Source of the DNA: Eledone cirrhosa
Lineage: Eukaryota
Direction: 5' to 3'
Assembly (NCBI GenBank): GCA_964016885.1
Contig: OZ024761.1
Coordinates: 10,106,001-10,170,000 of the forward strand
DNA length: 64,000 nucleotides
Under the pieces are notes generated by a model that searched no databases, was not told the origin of the DNA, and saw only the letters and a program-made list of their open reading frames with translations. This document shows, one piece after another, positions 27,964 through 41,746 of the stretch. Both the position numbers and the translations under genes were made by a program. Each line of letters begins with the position of its first letter. The first letter of the stretch is position 1.

Positions 27964-30298
27964 GGGAAGTATTTCTAAGAAAGGACCAACCAGGAAGTGT
28001 TACTAAGAAAGGACCAATCAGGAAGTGTTACTAAGAAAGGACCAACAAGGAAGTGTTACTAAGAAAGGACCAACCAGGAAGTGTTACTAAGAAAGGACCA
28101 ACAAGGAAGTGTTACTAAGAAAGGACCAACCAGGAAGTATTTCTTTAGAAAGGACCAACCAGGAAGTGTTACTAAGAAAGGACCAACAAGGAAGTATTTC
28201 TAAGAAAGGACCAACCAGGAAGTGTTACTAAGAAAGGACCAATCAGGAAGTGTTACTAAGAAAGGACCAACCAGGAAGTGTTACGAAGAAAGGACCAACA
28301 AGGAAGTATTTCTAAGAAAGGACCAACCAGGAAGTGTTACTAAGAAAGGACCAACAAGAAAGTATTTCTAAGAAAGGACCAACCAGGAAGTGTTACTAAG
28401 AAAGGACCAATCAGGAAGTGTTACTAAGAAAGGACCAACAAGGAAGTGTTACTAAGAAAGGACCAACCAGGAAGTGTTACTAAGAAAGGACCAACGAGGA
28501 AGTGTTACTAAGAAAGGACCAACCAGGAAGTATTTCTAAGAAAGGACCAACCGGGAAGTGTTACTAAGAAAGGATCAATCAGGAAGTGTTACTAAGAAAG
28601 GACCAACAAGGAAGTGTTACTAAGAAAGGACCAACCAGGAAGTGTTACTAAGAAAGGACCAACCAGGAAGTGTTACTAAGAAAGGACCAACAAGGAAGTG
28701 TTACTAAGAAAGGACCAACAAGGAAGTGTTACTAAGAAAGGACCAACCAGGAAGTGTTACTAAGAAAGGACCAATCAGGAAGTGTTACTAAGAAAGGACC
28801 AACAAGGAAGTGTTACTAAGAAAGGACCAACCAGGAAGTGTTACTAAGAAAGGACCAACCAGGAAGTGTTACTAAGAAAGGACCAACAAGGAAGTGTTAC
28901 TAAGAAAGGACCAATCAGGAAGTGTTACTAAGAAAGGACCAACAAGGAAGTGTTACTAAGAAAGGACCAACAAGGAAGTGTTACTAAGAAAGGACCAACA
29001 AGGAAGTTTTACTAAGAAAGGACCAATCAGGAAGTGTTACTAAGAAAGGACCAACAAGGAAGTGTTACTAAGAAAGGACCAATCAGGAAGTGTTACTAAG
29101 AAAGGACCAACAAGGAAGTGTTACTAAGAAAGGACCAACAAGGAAGTGTTACTAAGAAAGGACCAACAAGGAAGTGTTACTAAGAAAGGACCAACCAGGA
29201 AGTGTTACTAAGAAAGGACCAACCAGGAAGTATTACTAAGAAAGGACCAACCAGGAAGTGTTACTAAGAAAGGATCAACAAGGAAGTGTTACTAAGAAAG
29301 GACCAATCAGGAAGTGTTACTAAGAAAGGACCAACCAGGAAGTGTTACTAAGAAAGGACCAACAAGGAAGTGTTACTAAGAAAGGACCAACAAGGAAGTG
29401 TTACTAAGAAAGGACCAACCAGGAAGTGTTACTAAGAAAGGACCAACAAGGAAGTGTTACTAAGAAAGGACCAACCAGGAAGTATTACTAAGAAAGGACC
29501 AACCAGGAAGTGTTACTAAGAAAGGACCAATCAGGAAGTGTTACTAAGAAAGGACCAACAAGGAAGTGTTACTAAGAAAGGACCAATCAGGAAGTGTTAC
29601 TAAGAAAGGACCAACAAGGAAGTGTTACTAAGAAAGGACCAACAAGGAAGTGTTACTAAGAAAGGACCAACACGGAAGTGTTACTAAGAAAGGACCAATC
29701 AGGAAGTGTTACTAAGAAAGGACCAACAAGGAAGTGTTACTAAGAAAGGACCAATCAGGAAGTGTTACTAAGAAAGGACCAACAAGGAAGTGTTACTAAG
29801 AAAGGACCAATCAGGAAGTGTTACTAAGAAAGAACCAACAAGGAAGTGTTACTAAGAAAGGACCAACAAGGAAGTGTTACTAAGAAAGGACCAACCAGGA
29901 AGTATTACCAAGAAAGGACCAATCAGGAAGTGTTACTAAGAAAGGACCAACAAGGAAGTATTACCAAGAAAGGACCAATCAGGAAGTGTTACTAAGAAAG
30001 AACCAATCAGGAAGTATTACCAAGAAAGGACCAATCAGGAAGTGTTACTAAGAAAGGACCAATCAGGAAGTGTTACTAAGAAAGAACCAACCAGGAAGTG
30101 TTACTAAGAAAGGACCAACAAGGAAGTGTTACTAAGAAAGGACCAATCAGGAAGTGTTACTAAGAAAGGACCAACAAGGAAGTATTACTAAGAAAGGACC
30201 AACAAGGAAGTATTACCAAGAAAGGACCAACCAGGAAGTGTTACCAAGAAAGGACCAACCAGGAAGTGTTACTAAGAAAGGACCATTCAGGGAGTATT
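27964..30298. repeat. 28-bp minisatellite (CAGGAAGTGTTACTAAGAAAGGACCAAY)n, ~83 copies
   Basis: Direct periodicity with no spacers. Confidence 0.95.
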
Positions 30299-30483
30299 AT
30301 TGGCAGTATCGGTAGAGGGTCGGACGCCATGCTTTGACGCATAGAGTTACGGCCCTTACCATTCTGAGTTCAAATCTCGCCGAGGTTAACTTTGCCTTTC
30401 ATCCTTACGGGGTCGATAAAATAAAGTACCAGTAATACACTGGTAAATTACTGGCCTTGTGCCAAAAAGTAGAAACAATTATT
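30299..30483 (+). mobile_element. SINE family S inserted in the last unit of the 28-bp satellite
   Basis: Same sequence as 6503-6692. A diverged satellite unit (AAGAAATGACCATTCAGGAAGT) resumes after it. Confidence 0.88.
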
Positions 30484-30705
30484 AAGAAATGACCATTCAG
30501 GAAGTATTATCAAGGAAACTAAATGACCAAGAAGAAAGGATTGAACATTTTCGACCAGAAGAACAGTAATAACCTGGCAGGAAGACATGGCTAGCAGCGA
30601 GTGCAGGATATCGGACATTTCAATCAAATGAATTGAATTCAATGAAAGTTGATGACTTTAAAGATACACATATACGTACATAAATATTGGGTCGTCAAGT
30701 ATGAA

Positions 30706-30759
<54 letters not shown>

Positions 30760-30760
30760 G

Positions 30761-30837
30761 TATAGGGTCGTTAAGTATGAAATTTGTAGAAATTTGTGTT
30801 TTTTTTTTCTACAAATTTCATACTTGACGACCCAATA
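30761..30837. mobile_element. Same tiny MITE
   Basis: TATAGGGTCGTTAAGTATGAAATTTGTAG..CTACAAATTTCATACTTGACGACCCAATA. Confidence 0.75.
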
Positions 30838-31103
30838 TTTATGTACGTATATGTGTATCTTTAAAGTCATCAACTTTCATTGAATTCAATTCATTTGATT
30901 GAAATGTCCGATATCCTGTATGTGTATATATATATATATTATATATATATATATATATTATATATATATATATATACACATACAGATATATATATATATA
31001 TTAACTGGTTATTGGCAAAGAGAAGCTTATCAACTCACTGCTCGCCAGTTAGACCAGCCAATCAGAACAGTTGGAGCAATCAACTACTAAGCCGCCATTT
31101 TAC

Positions 31104-31181
<78 letters not shown>

Positions 31182-32125
31182 TTCTCAGTCTCTCTCTGAA
31201 TCACTATTGAAATATAGTGTTGCTTTTAAAAAGAATTTCTTGCTTTTTTTCTCCTTGTGTGTATGTGTGTTTTTTTTTCAATTTTATTTCAAGACAACTC
31301 ATTTCCGCCTTGCATAGTGGAAATATTTTAGTTAAAAGACTGTGGAATAAAAGGAGGATCAACAACAACAACAACAACAGCCACTACTCCAAACGCCAGT
31401 CACCACTACCACCAGCACCACCACCAACAACAGAAACAACCAGCACTAACAACAACAGCAGACACCAACAACTACAGCAGCCACCACCACCACCAACAAC
31501 AGCAACAGCAACCACCAGCACCACCACCACTAGCAACAGCAGCCACCACCACCACTAACAACAACAACAGCAACCACCACCACCACTAACAACAGCAGCC
31601 ACCACCACCACTAACAACAACAACAGCCACCACCACCACCAACAACAACAACTACAGCAGCCACCACCACCACTAACAACAACAACAACAGCCACCATCA
31701 CCACCACTAACAACAGCAGCCACCATCACCACCACCACTAACAACAACAACAACAGCCACCACCACCAACAACAACAACTACAGCAGCCACCACCACCAC
31801 TACTAACAACAACATTAACCACCACCACCACTAACAACAACAACAACAATAGTTACCACCACCAACAACAACAAAAACTACAGCAGCCACCACCACTAAC
31901 AACAACAACAACATTAACCACCACCACCACTAACAACAACAACAACAATAGTTACCACCACAGAAAGACAGTGGAGAAGAGGAGATACGGGAAGAAATAG
32001 ACAGATAGAAAGAGAGTTAGAGGGGAAGAGATAGGAGAGGTAGAGAGAAGGGGGGAGAGGTAGAGAGATAGATAGAACAATACAGTGCCAAACAACTACG
32101 AATGTTGACCTCTGTAGTAAAAGAC

Positions 32126-32176
<51 letters not shown>

Positions 32177-32556
32177 GAGGTAGAGAAAGAGATAAAAGAA
32201 GAGCGCAATGAACAGAGAAAGGGGCTGGAAATCTGGCTTGGAATCATAGAATCTTTGAATGATGGAATGATGGAATGAAAGCCAGATTTCTTCCAAATTC
32301 AGTGGTATTTCCAGAAGAAGAAGAAATCAATATTGTTGGAAATATGAAAGGAAAACTGATGTGAATAGAACGCAAGAACGATATCTTGCAAGAACCAAAG
32401 CTGGAAGAGATCTGTGATAAGATACGAAACATTTATGTATAGAACCGTAACTCCCGATGGACAAACAATTGTTCCCTTCTCTCAAATTGCTGGCCTTGTT
32501 TCTAAATTAGAAATTACTAGCATAAAAACCACCCTTCAGATGGTTCTCTGCTAGCA

Positions 32557-33795
32557 TGTGTATATTGATATTATACACAGGTATATATACATGTCTAGTG
32601 TGCATATTGATATTATACGCAGGTATATATACATGTGTAGTGTGTATATTGATATTATACACAGGTATATATACACGTGTAGTGTGTATATTGATATTAT
32701 ACACAGGTATTTATACATGTGTAGTGTGTATATTGATATTATACACAGGTATATATACATGTGTAGTGTGCATATTGATATTATACGCAGGTATATATAC
32801 ATGTGTAGTGTGTATATTGATATTATACACAGGTATATATACACGCGTAGTGTGTATATTGATATTATACACAGGTATATATACATGTGTAGTGTGTATA
32901 TTGATATTATACACAGGTATATATACATGTGTAGTGTGTATATTGATATTATACACAGGTATATATACACGTGTAGTGTGTATATTGATATTATACACAG
33001 GTATATATACATGTGTAGTGTGTATATTTATATTATACACAGGTATATATACATGTGTAGTGTGTATATTGATATTATACGCAGGTATATATACATGTGT
33101 AGTGTGCATATTGATATTATACACAGGTATATATACATGTGTAGTGTGCATATTGATATTATACACAGGTATATATACATGTGTAGTGTGCATATTGATA
33201 TTATACACAGGTATATATACATGTGTAGTGTGTATATTGATATTATACACAGGTATATATACATGTGTAGTGTGTATATTTATATTATACACAGGTATAT
33301 ATACATGTGTAGTGTGTATATTGATATTATACGCAGGTATATATACATGTGTAGTGTGCATATTGATATTATACACAGGTATATATACATGTGTAGTGTG
33401 CATATTGATATTATACACAGGTATATATACATGTGTAGTGTGCATATTGATATTATACACAGGTATATATACATGTGTAGTGTGTATTTTGATATTATAC
33501 ACAGGTATATATACATGTGTAGTGTGTATATTGATATTATACACAGGTATATATACATGTGTAGTGTGTATATTGATATTATACACAGGTATATATACAT
33601 GTGTAGTGTGTATATTGATATTATACACAGGTATATATACATGTGTAGTGTGTATATTGATATTATACACAGGTATATATACATGTGTAGTGTGCACATT
33701 GATATTATACGCAGGTATATATACATGTGTAGTGTACATATTGATATATACACAGGTATATATACATGTGTAGTGTGCATATTGATAGTATACGC
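32557..33795. repeat. 42-bp minisatellite (GTGTATATTGATATTATACACAGGTATATATACATGTGTAGT)n, ~29 copies
   Basis: Direct periodicity, and a 14-aa repeat in the ORF track. Confidence 0.95.
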
Positions 33796-33819
33796 AATAT
33801 AAACGTTATATATAACTGT

Positions 33820-33992
33820 TACTACTTTGGGCATAAGGCCAGCAATTATCCCAGTGCATTACTGGTACTTTATTTTATCGACCTCTTAAGGATGAAAGGC
33901 AAAGTTAACCTCGGCGGGATTTGAACTCAGACCATAAAGGGCCGTAACTCTTTGCTGCAAAGCATGGCGTCCGACCCTCCACCGATACTGCC
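33820..33992 (-). mobile_element. SINE family S
   Basis: GCATTACTGGTACTTTATTTTATCGAC..GATGAAAGGCAAAGTTAACCTCGGCGGGATTTGAACTCAG. Confidence 0.88.
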
Positions 33993-34195
33993 CCCCCCCC
34001 CTTATGATATAACGATGCAAATATATGAACGTTTATATATGCGTTATAATATAGCGTCTATTATATCACAACTGGAAGTACTGACATTTGGACATTTTAA
34101 AAGAAGTGAATCTTAAAATAAGCAATAATTATATATAAGAATATTTATGTTTAATCAACAGCTACGAAATTTAGTACATAAATTATGTAATATTC

Positions 34196-34280
34196 ATTCA
34201 TTACGGGGTAGATGAAATAAAGTACCAGTAATACACTGGGTAATTGCTGGCCTTGTGCCAAAAGTAGAAACAATTATTTA
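34196..34280 (+). mobile_element. SINE family S, 3' half
   Basis: TTACGGGGTAGATGAAATAAAGTACCAGTAATACACTGGG..GGCCTTGTGCCAAAAGTAGAAACAATT. Confidence 0.75.
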
Positions 34281-34770
34281 TTCCAAGTAATCCGACTTAT
34301 TTTATTAACAGGATAAAAAAATATATTCAGGACACAGTCCCGCACTCCTTACTTTATTATATTATAGTTAGGGCGTCGCATCAGCAGGTAATGGCCTGGC
34401 TGTACCAGTAGAACGTCGTCGGACAACATGTCGTATATATAGTTACATCTCTTTGCGTTCTGAATTCAACATCAATACCAGTACCAGTTACAAAGTCAAA
34501 TAAAACAACAACAACAGCACCCGTCGAGGACATGACACTCCCCGACATCACAAAGTCAAACTTAAATTCTGACGAGGCCGAGGAATGGCAAACAGCCCAC
34601 CCCACCTCACCCCCACCCTTCCCAAGAAAAAAAAAGAAAAGTCTCCCCATCTTTGCCTTCGCGGTTTTGTTCTTTATTTTTAATGTTTTCGTTTGTTTTA
34701 TTTTGTTTTGGTGGTATTTATTTTAAATCAGTTCTCACCGCGCTTACTTTTTTCTGCTTGGCCTATCGTG

Positions 34771-34836
<66 letters not shown>

Positions 34837-34917
34837 GGTGGACAGAAATAACAACACAATCGGTACAGTATATGGAAAGAATATATTAGGTTAACGTTTG
34901 AAATAGCAGGAAGAGGG

Positions 34918-34953
34918 TCTTAACTTTTCGGACACTAGTCCGTCATCAGAAGA
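34918..34953 (-). ncRNA. Minimal hammerhead (family H4), one stem-III change
   Basis: UCUU-CUGAUGA-C-GGAC-UAGU-GUCC-GAAA-AGUU-AAGA, within element 34832-35055. Confidence 0.7.
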
Positions 34954-35186
34954 AAGAATGAGAAATTAGACAGTTGAAGGGACGGGTGGGGTGGAATTGG
35001 AAAAAATGTCTTTATATACAAATAACAGGTCCATGCATGTTGCCATCTCTTGGAAAACTGTTGATACTGGCGTTTTGTATGTATATATATAATAAAATAA
35101 AAATGACGTAGGCATTACAATACAACGGGAGGAAACATAATGGTACCACTGATGATGTCACAGGTGAGTGATAAAAGAACTTTGAT

Positions 35187-35267
<81 letters not shown>

Positions 35268-35413
35268 ATTTTTAACCGTTGGTCAATCAATGATAAACAT
35301 TGATTGACAGATAAATTAACTATGGAGATATAAAATATACAGAAGCCAAAACCAACCCAAACCAAACAGTGAGTGTGTTCTATTATTATAACAATATGAC
35401 CCTCCCCAAGTAT

Positions 35414-35470
<57 letters not shown>

Positions 35471-35661
35471 TACAGCATATATATTAGGAAAATAAGAAAA
35501 AAAAGTAGAAAATGTTAGTAGAATTTTCTTATGGAAAAACAGAAAAACATTTTTTTAAAAACAACTTTTAATACCAGTTTCAGTTAATAAAAATGTCGAC
35601 TTCTTCATGCTACAGGAAATATGATAAAATGTTTATATTAATTAGAAGAGAATATAGTTTA

Positions 35662-35720
35662 TATTGGGTCGTCAAGTATGAAATTTGTAAACATTTAGAA
35701 ATTTCATAGACGATCCTATA
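35662..35720. mobile_element. Same tiny MITE, decayed
   Basis: TATTGGGTCGTCAAGTATGAAATTT..AAATTTCATAGACGATCCTATA. Confidence 0.65.
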
Positions 35721-35859
35721 TATATATAAATTCACATTTTCGTTTACCCCCCCCCCCCCCTCTCTCGCTCTCTCGGTGGTATACATATATACATATATAT
35801 ATACGCGTATTTTTGGGGTCTTCTGACCAACTGGCCGGTTATCAATTGTTTAATATGTT

Positions 35860-35982
35860 AGCTGTTCAACGAAAAGAGATCGCTGAAATCTACCGGCGTA
35901 GATATGGTCGACTGAATCTCCTTGAAGGGAGTGTCACAGTATGGCCGCAGTCTAATGACTTGAAACCAATAAAAGAGTAAAA
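35860..35982 (+). mobile_element. Probable 3' tail of another SINE/LINE
   Basis: Ends in TATGGCCGCAGTCTAATGACTTGAAACCAATAAAAGAGTAAAA, resembling a cephalopod SINE 3' end from memory. Single copy here. Confidence 0.4.
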
Positions 35983-36157
35983 CACTGTCTGGCTATGGGG
36001 AAGACATTGCGAGTGAGAGATGTCAACTGTCACAATATGATAGAGAATCAGTGTTTAAATGCAGAACACAAACTAACAGTGGTATCTTTTCCTTATCTTA
36101 TCTCTTATCATCACACTCGTCATAGAGTTGGTTTTTTATTGAATGTGTGTATGTGTG

Positions 36158-36189
<32 letters not shown>

Positions 36190-36419
36190 ATATATATATA
36201 TATCTATATCTATATATATATATATATATGTATATGTGTATATATATATATGTATATATATATATGTATGTATGTATGTATATATATGTATATGTATTTT
36301 ATATATATATTATATATATGTATGTATATGTATATATATATGTATGTATGTATGTATATATATGTATGTATATGTATTTTATATATATATGTATATATAT
36401 ACACACACACATATTCTCC

Positions 36420-36482
<63 letters not shown>

Positions 36483-37034
36483 ATATATACTTACAAACAT
36501 AAATCCACACACACACACACTTCTACACGCATGCAAGCACACGGATTTCCAAAACTGACAGCACATCGCATTGAATTGTCCAATCAGATATTGAATGGTT
36601 TCGTTGCTTTTTTTTCTATTTTGGCTTTTTTTTCCTCTTGAAAACCAATTCTGGAAATGTCAACTTGTTTAGCACTACCCATCTGTATTATTTCATGGAA
36701 ATGTAAGTCTCAGCGTTAATAAAAAAAAGTCGTTCTCTTCGTCTCTCCATTTTCTTTTCTTCTGCATTGTTCTAGTTCTATCGTCTGCACTCTTCCATTT
36801 TTTTTTATTTCACTGTCAAACATTGTTACAAGTCTTTTTTTTTTATCTAGCTTGCTGTTGCTGTTGTTGTTGTTGATGATATTGTATTCCTCGTTGTAGC
36901 AAGGCAAGAAGAGAGTTGGACGAGTCGTTAGAACGTAGTGTTGGAAACGTCAAACTCTCTTCTACTTCCTCCTAAGCTTGATACCAATAAGACTTTGTGT
37001 TTTTGCATATCTAAGATTGTCTTGTCATTTCTTG

Positions 37035-37091
<57 letters not shown>

Positions 37092-37137
37092 AAAACAAAG
37101 TCTTATTGGTATCAAGCTTAGGAGGAAGTAGAAGAGA

Positions 37138-37173
37138 GTTTGACGTTTCCAACATAAGTCCTTCGTCAGGAAA
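37138..37173 (-). ncRNA. Minimal hammerhead-like motif (family H5)
   Basis: CUGACGA-AGGACUUAUGUUG-GAAACGUC. Core intact, stems I and II weak. Confidence 0.55.
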
Positions 37174-37199
37174 TGAAGAGTTCGGAAAGAGACAGAGAC

Positions 37200-37231
<32 letters not shown>

Positions 37232-37646
37232 GGTTGGAACATCGGTCTATGGAAATAATATAAATTAAGAAGGCTACGGGTGGTAGGCAAGTAGGTCGTC
37301 ATTCGCTGCTAGAACTGTTTCATTCGTATATACGAATATGAATGAAATAGTTCTATTCATGTAGTAGTAATTTCTACTGAAAATATACATGCTTATACTC
37401 TACTAACGTATTGAGTACCTTTTTTAACTGGGGTCACCTCCCGATACCCATCGTGAATCCCACCCATTATATATCCTATATATATATATGTGTGTGTAAA
37501 TAATTATATATCTATCTATATATATGTGTGCGTAAATTATATATATATATGTACATATATAAATAATTATATATATATATAATTGAACTGAAAGCAACTG
37601 GTGCGTGTGTTTCTTATTGGCAACATGACCCTCCCAAAGTATAACA

Positions 37647-37702
<56 letters not shown>

Positions 37703-37746
37703 AATAACAGGAGGCTCGACTTGTGTAAATCCTTGAAAGGTTTATT

Positions 37747-37804
37747 ATACTATGGCCATTTCAATGACCGGGTTCCGTATGAATCCGGTGATATCATCAG
37801 GTAT
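37747..37804 (-). ncRNA. Minimal hammerhead (family H6)
   Basis: AUAC-CUGAUGA-UAUCACCGGAUUC-AUAC-GGAACCCGGUCAUU-GAAA-U-GGCC-A-U-A-GUAU, with palindromic AUGGCCAU. Confidence 0.75.
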
Positions 37805-37922
37805 TCGAAATATAATAAATGAATGTAACAGATAAAATCCATGGGGCTGAAAATCATAGACCCGAGGACGACCGACCATCTAGCATCTTCCACTTTAGCC
37901 GGTCGCCTTCAAACCTAAATAA

Positions 37923-37985
<63 letters not shown>

Positions 37986-38119
37986 GAGGTTATATTTAAT
38001 TTGTTGGGATTCAACAAGCTTAAAAATTTTTTTTATAACTGATATAAAGCACTCAACAGTTTAGTGGAGCAAATATACAATATATTAACAAATGGAAACT
38101 ATATTTATAAAACCATATT

Positions 38120-38185
38120 TATTTTATTATACATATTTCAAGGGCCACCAAGGCAGATTATGGTGCGCTTTCATCAGATAAAATA
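38120..38185 (-). ncRNA. Hammerhead H3, third copy (in element 37984-38262)
   Basis: Same motif with a few substitutions, core CUGAUGA/GAAA intact. Confidence 0.7.
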
Positions 38186-38287
38186 TAATACAGATTAGTT
38201 TTATAAATATTAACATACCCTGAAAAAAAGACAACCTTAACGGTTGGAGCTTCTTGGATAGTGGGGATATTATATTTATTGATGGTG

Positions 38288-38319
<32 letters not shown>

Positions 38320-39758
38320 CGGCGAAGGTGACAAATATACACCAATAATGAACTTATATTAGCATATATACAAACTCATAAACAAACATATATATATACG
38401 CATGTCTATACACATGTTATAACTACGCCTGGAGGCAGGTATGCGGTTGAATGTATTTGCGTATGTTTGTGCGCAGGTGTGTATATGTATGTGCGTGTGT
38501 GTGGGTGTGTGTGTGTGCATATGTATGTATGTGTGCGTGCGTGATTTTTTTTCCCACATGTTTAGCAAAAAACTGAGAGAAGAGTGAAATTTTCAAAATA
38601 GACGAGGTTGGCAAAATTATAACTTCACAGAGATAGTGGTTCACCGCCATCTTTACCCTCCTACACCTCCTCCTCCTCCTCGTTATCATTATCAGCATCA
38701 CCATCGTCATCATCACCACCATCATCACCATCATTACCGTCGTCATCGTCATCATCATCAACACCATCATCATCATCATCATCACCACCACCACCACTAT
38801 CAATTATCATCAGAATCACTACAATCACCACCACTATCATTATGGTTGTCGGTGGTGGTGGTGGTGGTGTCGGTGGTGGTGGTGGTGTCGGTGGTGGTGG
38901 TGTTGCTGGTGGTGTCGGTGATGATGGTGGTGTCGGTGATGGTGGTAAATTGTGTCGGTGGTGGTATTAGTGGTGGTGGTGGTGGTGATTGTGTCGGTGG
39001 TGGTGGTGGTGTCGGTGATGGTGTTGGTGGTGATTGTGTCGGTGGTGTCGGTGATGGTGTTGGTGGTGATTGTGTCGGTGCTGGTGGTGGTGGTGTTGGT
39101 GGTGATTGTGTCGGTGCTGGTGGTGGTGGTGTCGGTGATGGTGTTGGTGGTGATTGTGTCGGTGCTGGTGGTATTAGTGGTGGTGTCGGTGCTGGTGGTG
39201 GTGGTCGGTGATGGTGTTGGTGGTGGTGGTGGTGGTGGTGGTGTCGGTGATAGTGTTGGTGGTGATTGTGTCGGTGCTGGTGGTATTAGTGGTGGTGGTG
39301 GTGGTATTAGTGGTGGTGTCGGGGTAGTTGCTGCAGGTGTAATGTTTAGTGTACGAAGATGAAAGTGTAAAAAAATAGTACAAATCTCCAAAAGCATATA
39401 TTGGGGGGAGGAGGAGGAGGAGGAAGATATGTAGAAAGACATAGAGGGGGGGGGGGGAGAAATATTGGTAAAAGAATGAGAGCGGGAGGAGGGGTAGAGA
39501 AAAAGATAGATAGAGAGAGGAGGGGAGGAAAGAGGAGAGAGATGAAGAAGTAAAGGGGGGGGGGGAGAAAAAGCGAGGTAGATACTGAGAGAGAGAGAGG
39601 GGGATGTGAGGAGAAAGAGAAAGAATATAGGTAGAAAGAGAGAGAAATAAGTAAAGGTTGAAAGAGGAGATATTGAACGTCTGTGTGAGGAAAGAGTAGC
39701 GGGAAGAGGGAGAGGGGAGGAGGGAGAAAGAGAGGTTGGATACCACAGGTAACACTTG

Positions 39759-39827
<69 letters not shown>

Positions 39828-39837
39828 CACACACACA

Positions 39838-39871
<34 letters not shown>

Positions 39872-39997
39872 ATATATTTATATATATATATATATATATT
39901 TATAAATATATATATATATATATACATATATATGTACATATGCACACATATATATATATACACACACACACATACACACACACACATATATATATAT

Positions 39998-40028
<31 letters not shown>

Positions 40029-40094
40029 CACATAAACACATATATATATACATATATATGTACATATGCACACATAACTATGCATATGTATATC

Positions 40095-40142
<48 letters not shown>

Positions 40143-40364
40143 CACACATAACTATGCATGTGTGTATATATATATCTATATGTGTGTATGTATATATCTA
40201 TATATATAGGAGAGAGAAGAAAGTAAGAGAGTAGTAGGAGTGGAGTGGGGGAGAAGGAAGAGGAGGGGGAATGAGATGTGGAGAAATAGTAAAGAAAACA
40301 AGAGAGGAAGGAAGAGGTGGTGATAGTGAGAGAGGGATAGGGGGGAATGTATGTGGTGGGAAAG

Positions 40365-41350
40365 AAAGGAAGGGTGTGGTGGTAGTGAGAGAGAGAGGGG
40401 GATGTGGTGGGAAAGTAAGGAAGGGGTGTGGTGGTAGTGAGAGAGAGAGGGGGAGTAAGGAAGGTGTGGTGGTAGTGAGAGAGAGAGGGGGATGTGGTGG
40501 GAAAGAAAGGAAGGGGTGTAGTGGTAGTGAGAGAGGGGGAGTAAGGAAGGGGTGTGGTGCGTAGTGAGAGAGGGGGAGTAAGGAAGGGGTGTGGTGGTAG
40601 TGAGAGAGGGGGAGTAAGGAAGGTGTGGTGGTAGGTGAGAGAGAGGGGGGGATGTGGTGGGAAAGAAAGGAAGGGGTGTAGTGGTAGTGAGAGAGGGGGA
40701 GTAAGGAAGGGGTGTGGGTGGTAGTGAGAGAGAGGAGGGAGTAAGGAAGGGGTGTGGTGGTAGTGAGAGAGGGGGAGAAAGGAAGGGTGTGGTGGTAGTG
40801 AGAGAGAGAGAGAGGGGGGGGGGGGATGTGGTGGGAAAGAAAGGAAGGGGTGTGGTGGTAGTGAGAGAGGGGAGAAAGGAAGGGGTGTGGTGGTAGTGAG
40901 AGAGAGAGAGAGGGGGGGGGGATGTGGTGGGAAAGAAAGGAAGGGGTGTGGTGGTAGTGAGAGAGGGGGGAGAAAGGAAGGGGTGTGGTGGTAGTGAGAG
41001 AGAGAGAGGGGGGGGGGGGGATGTGGTGGGAAAGAAAGGAAGGGGTGTGGTGGTAGTGAGAGAGGGGGAGAAAGGAAGGGGTGTGGTGGTAGTGAGAGAG
41101 AGAGAGGGGAGGGGGGGATGTGGTGGGAAAGAAAGGAAGGGGTGTGGTGGTAGTGAGAGAGAGAGGGGGGGGGGGATGTGGTGGGAAAGAAAGGAAGGGT
41201 GTGGTGGTAGTGAGAGAGGGGGAGAAAGGAAGGGGTGTGGTGGTAGTGAGAGAGAGAGAGGGGGGGGGGATGTGGTGGGAAAGAAAGGAAGGGGTGTGGT
41301 GGTAGTGAGAGAGAGAGGGGGGATGTGGTGGGAAAGAAAGGAAGGGGTTG
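40365..41350. repeat. G-rich compound minisatellite (AAGGAAGGGGTGTGGTGGTAGTGAGAGAG-Gn)
   Basis: Repeated purine-rich units with poly-G runs. Confidence 0.85.
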
Positions 41351-41641
41351 GTGATAACAGATGAAAGAGAGAGATAAGAATTGAAAAATATCGGCTGCAC
41401 AAAAGAATATATACACACATATATATACATATACACACATACATACGAACACACTCACACACACACATCTATATATACACATTACATACAAACATATACA
41501 CATGCATACATACATATATACATATATATATACATACATACATGTACATATGCATATTTTAAGAAATTTGTGCTTATATGTATAAATGCATATCTGTTTT
41601 TCCATATATGTATGTATGATTATATATCTTTGTGTGCATGT

Positions 41642-41680
<39 letters not shown>

Positions 41681-41710
41681 ACATACATACATACATACAT
41701 ATATATATAC

Positions 41711-41746
<36 letters not shown>

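Noticed and set aside
27964-30298. CRISPR-like regular 28-bp repeats
   Set aside because: Units are contiguous with no unique spacers, there are no cas genes, and the context is eukaryotic.
31004-31105. CCAAT boxes plus GCCGCCATTTT mini-island
   Set aside because: Too short, and there is no linked gene evidence.
32556-33802. ~400-aa repeat proteins in several frames
   Set aside because: A 42-bp minisatellite open on both strands.
34569-34600. CTGACGAGGCC..GGCAAAC hammerhead-like string
   Set aside because: Lacks GAAA, stem III and stem I.
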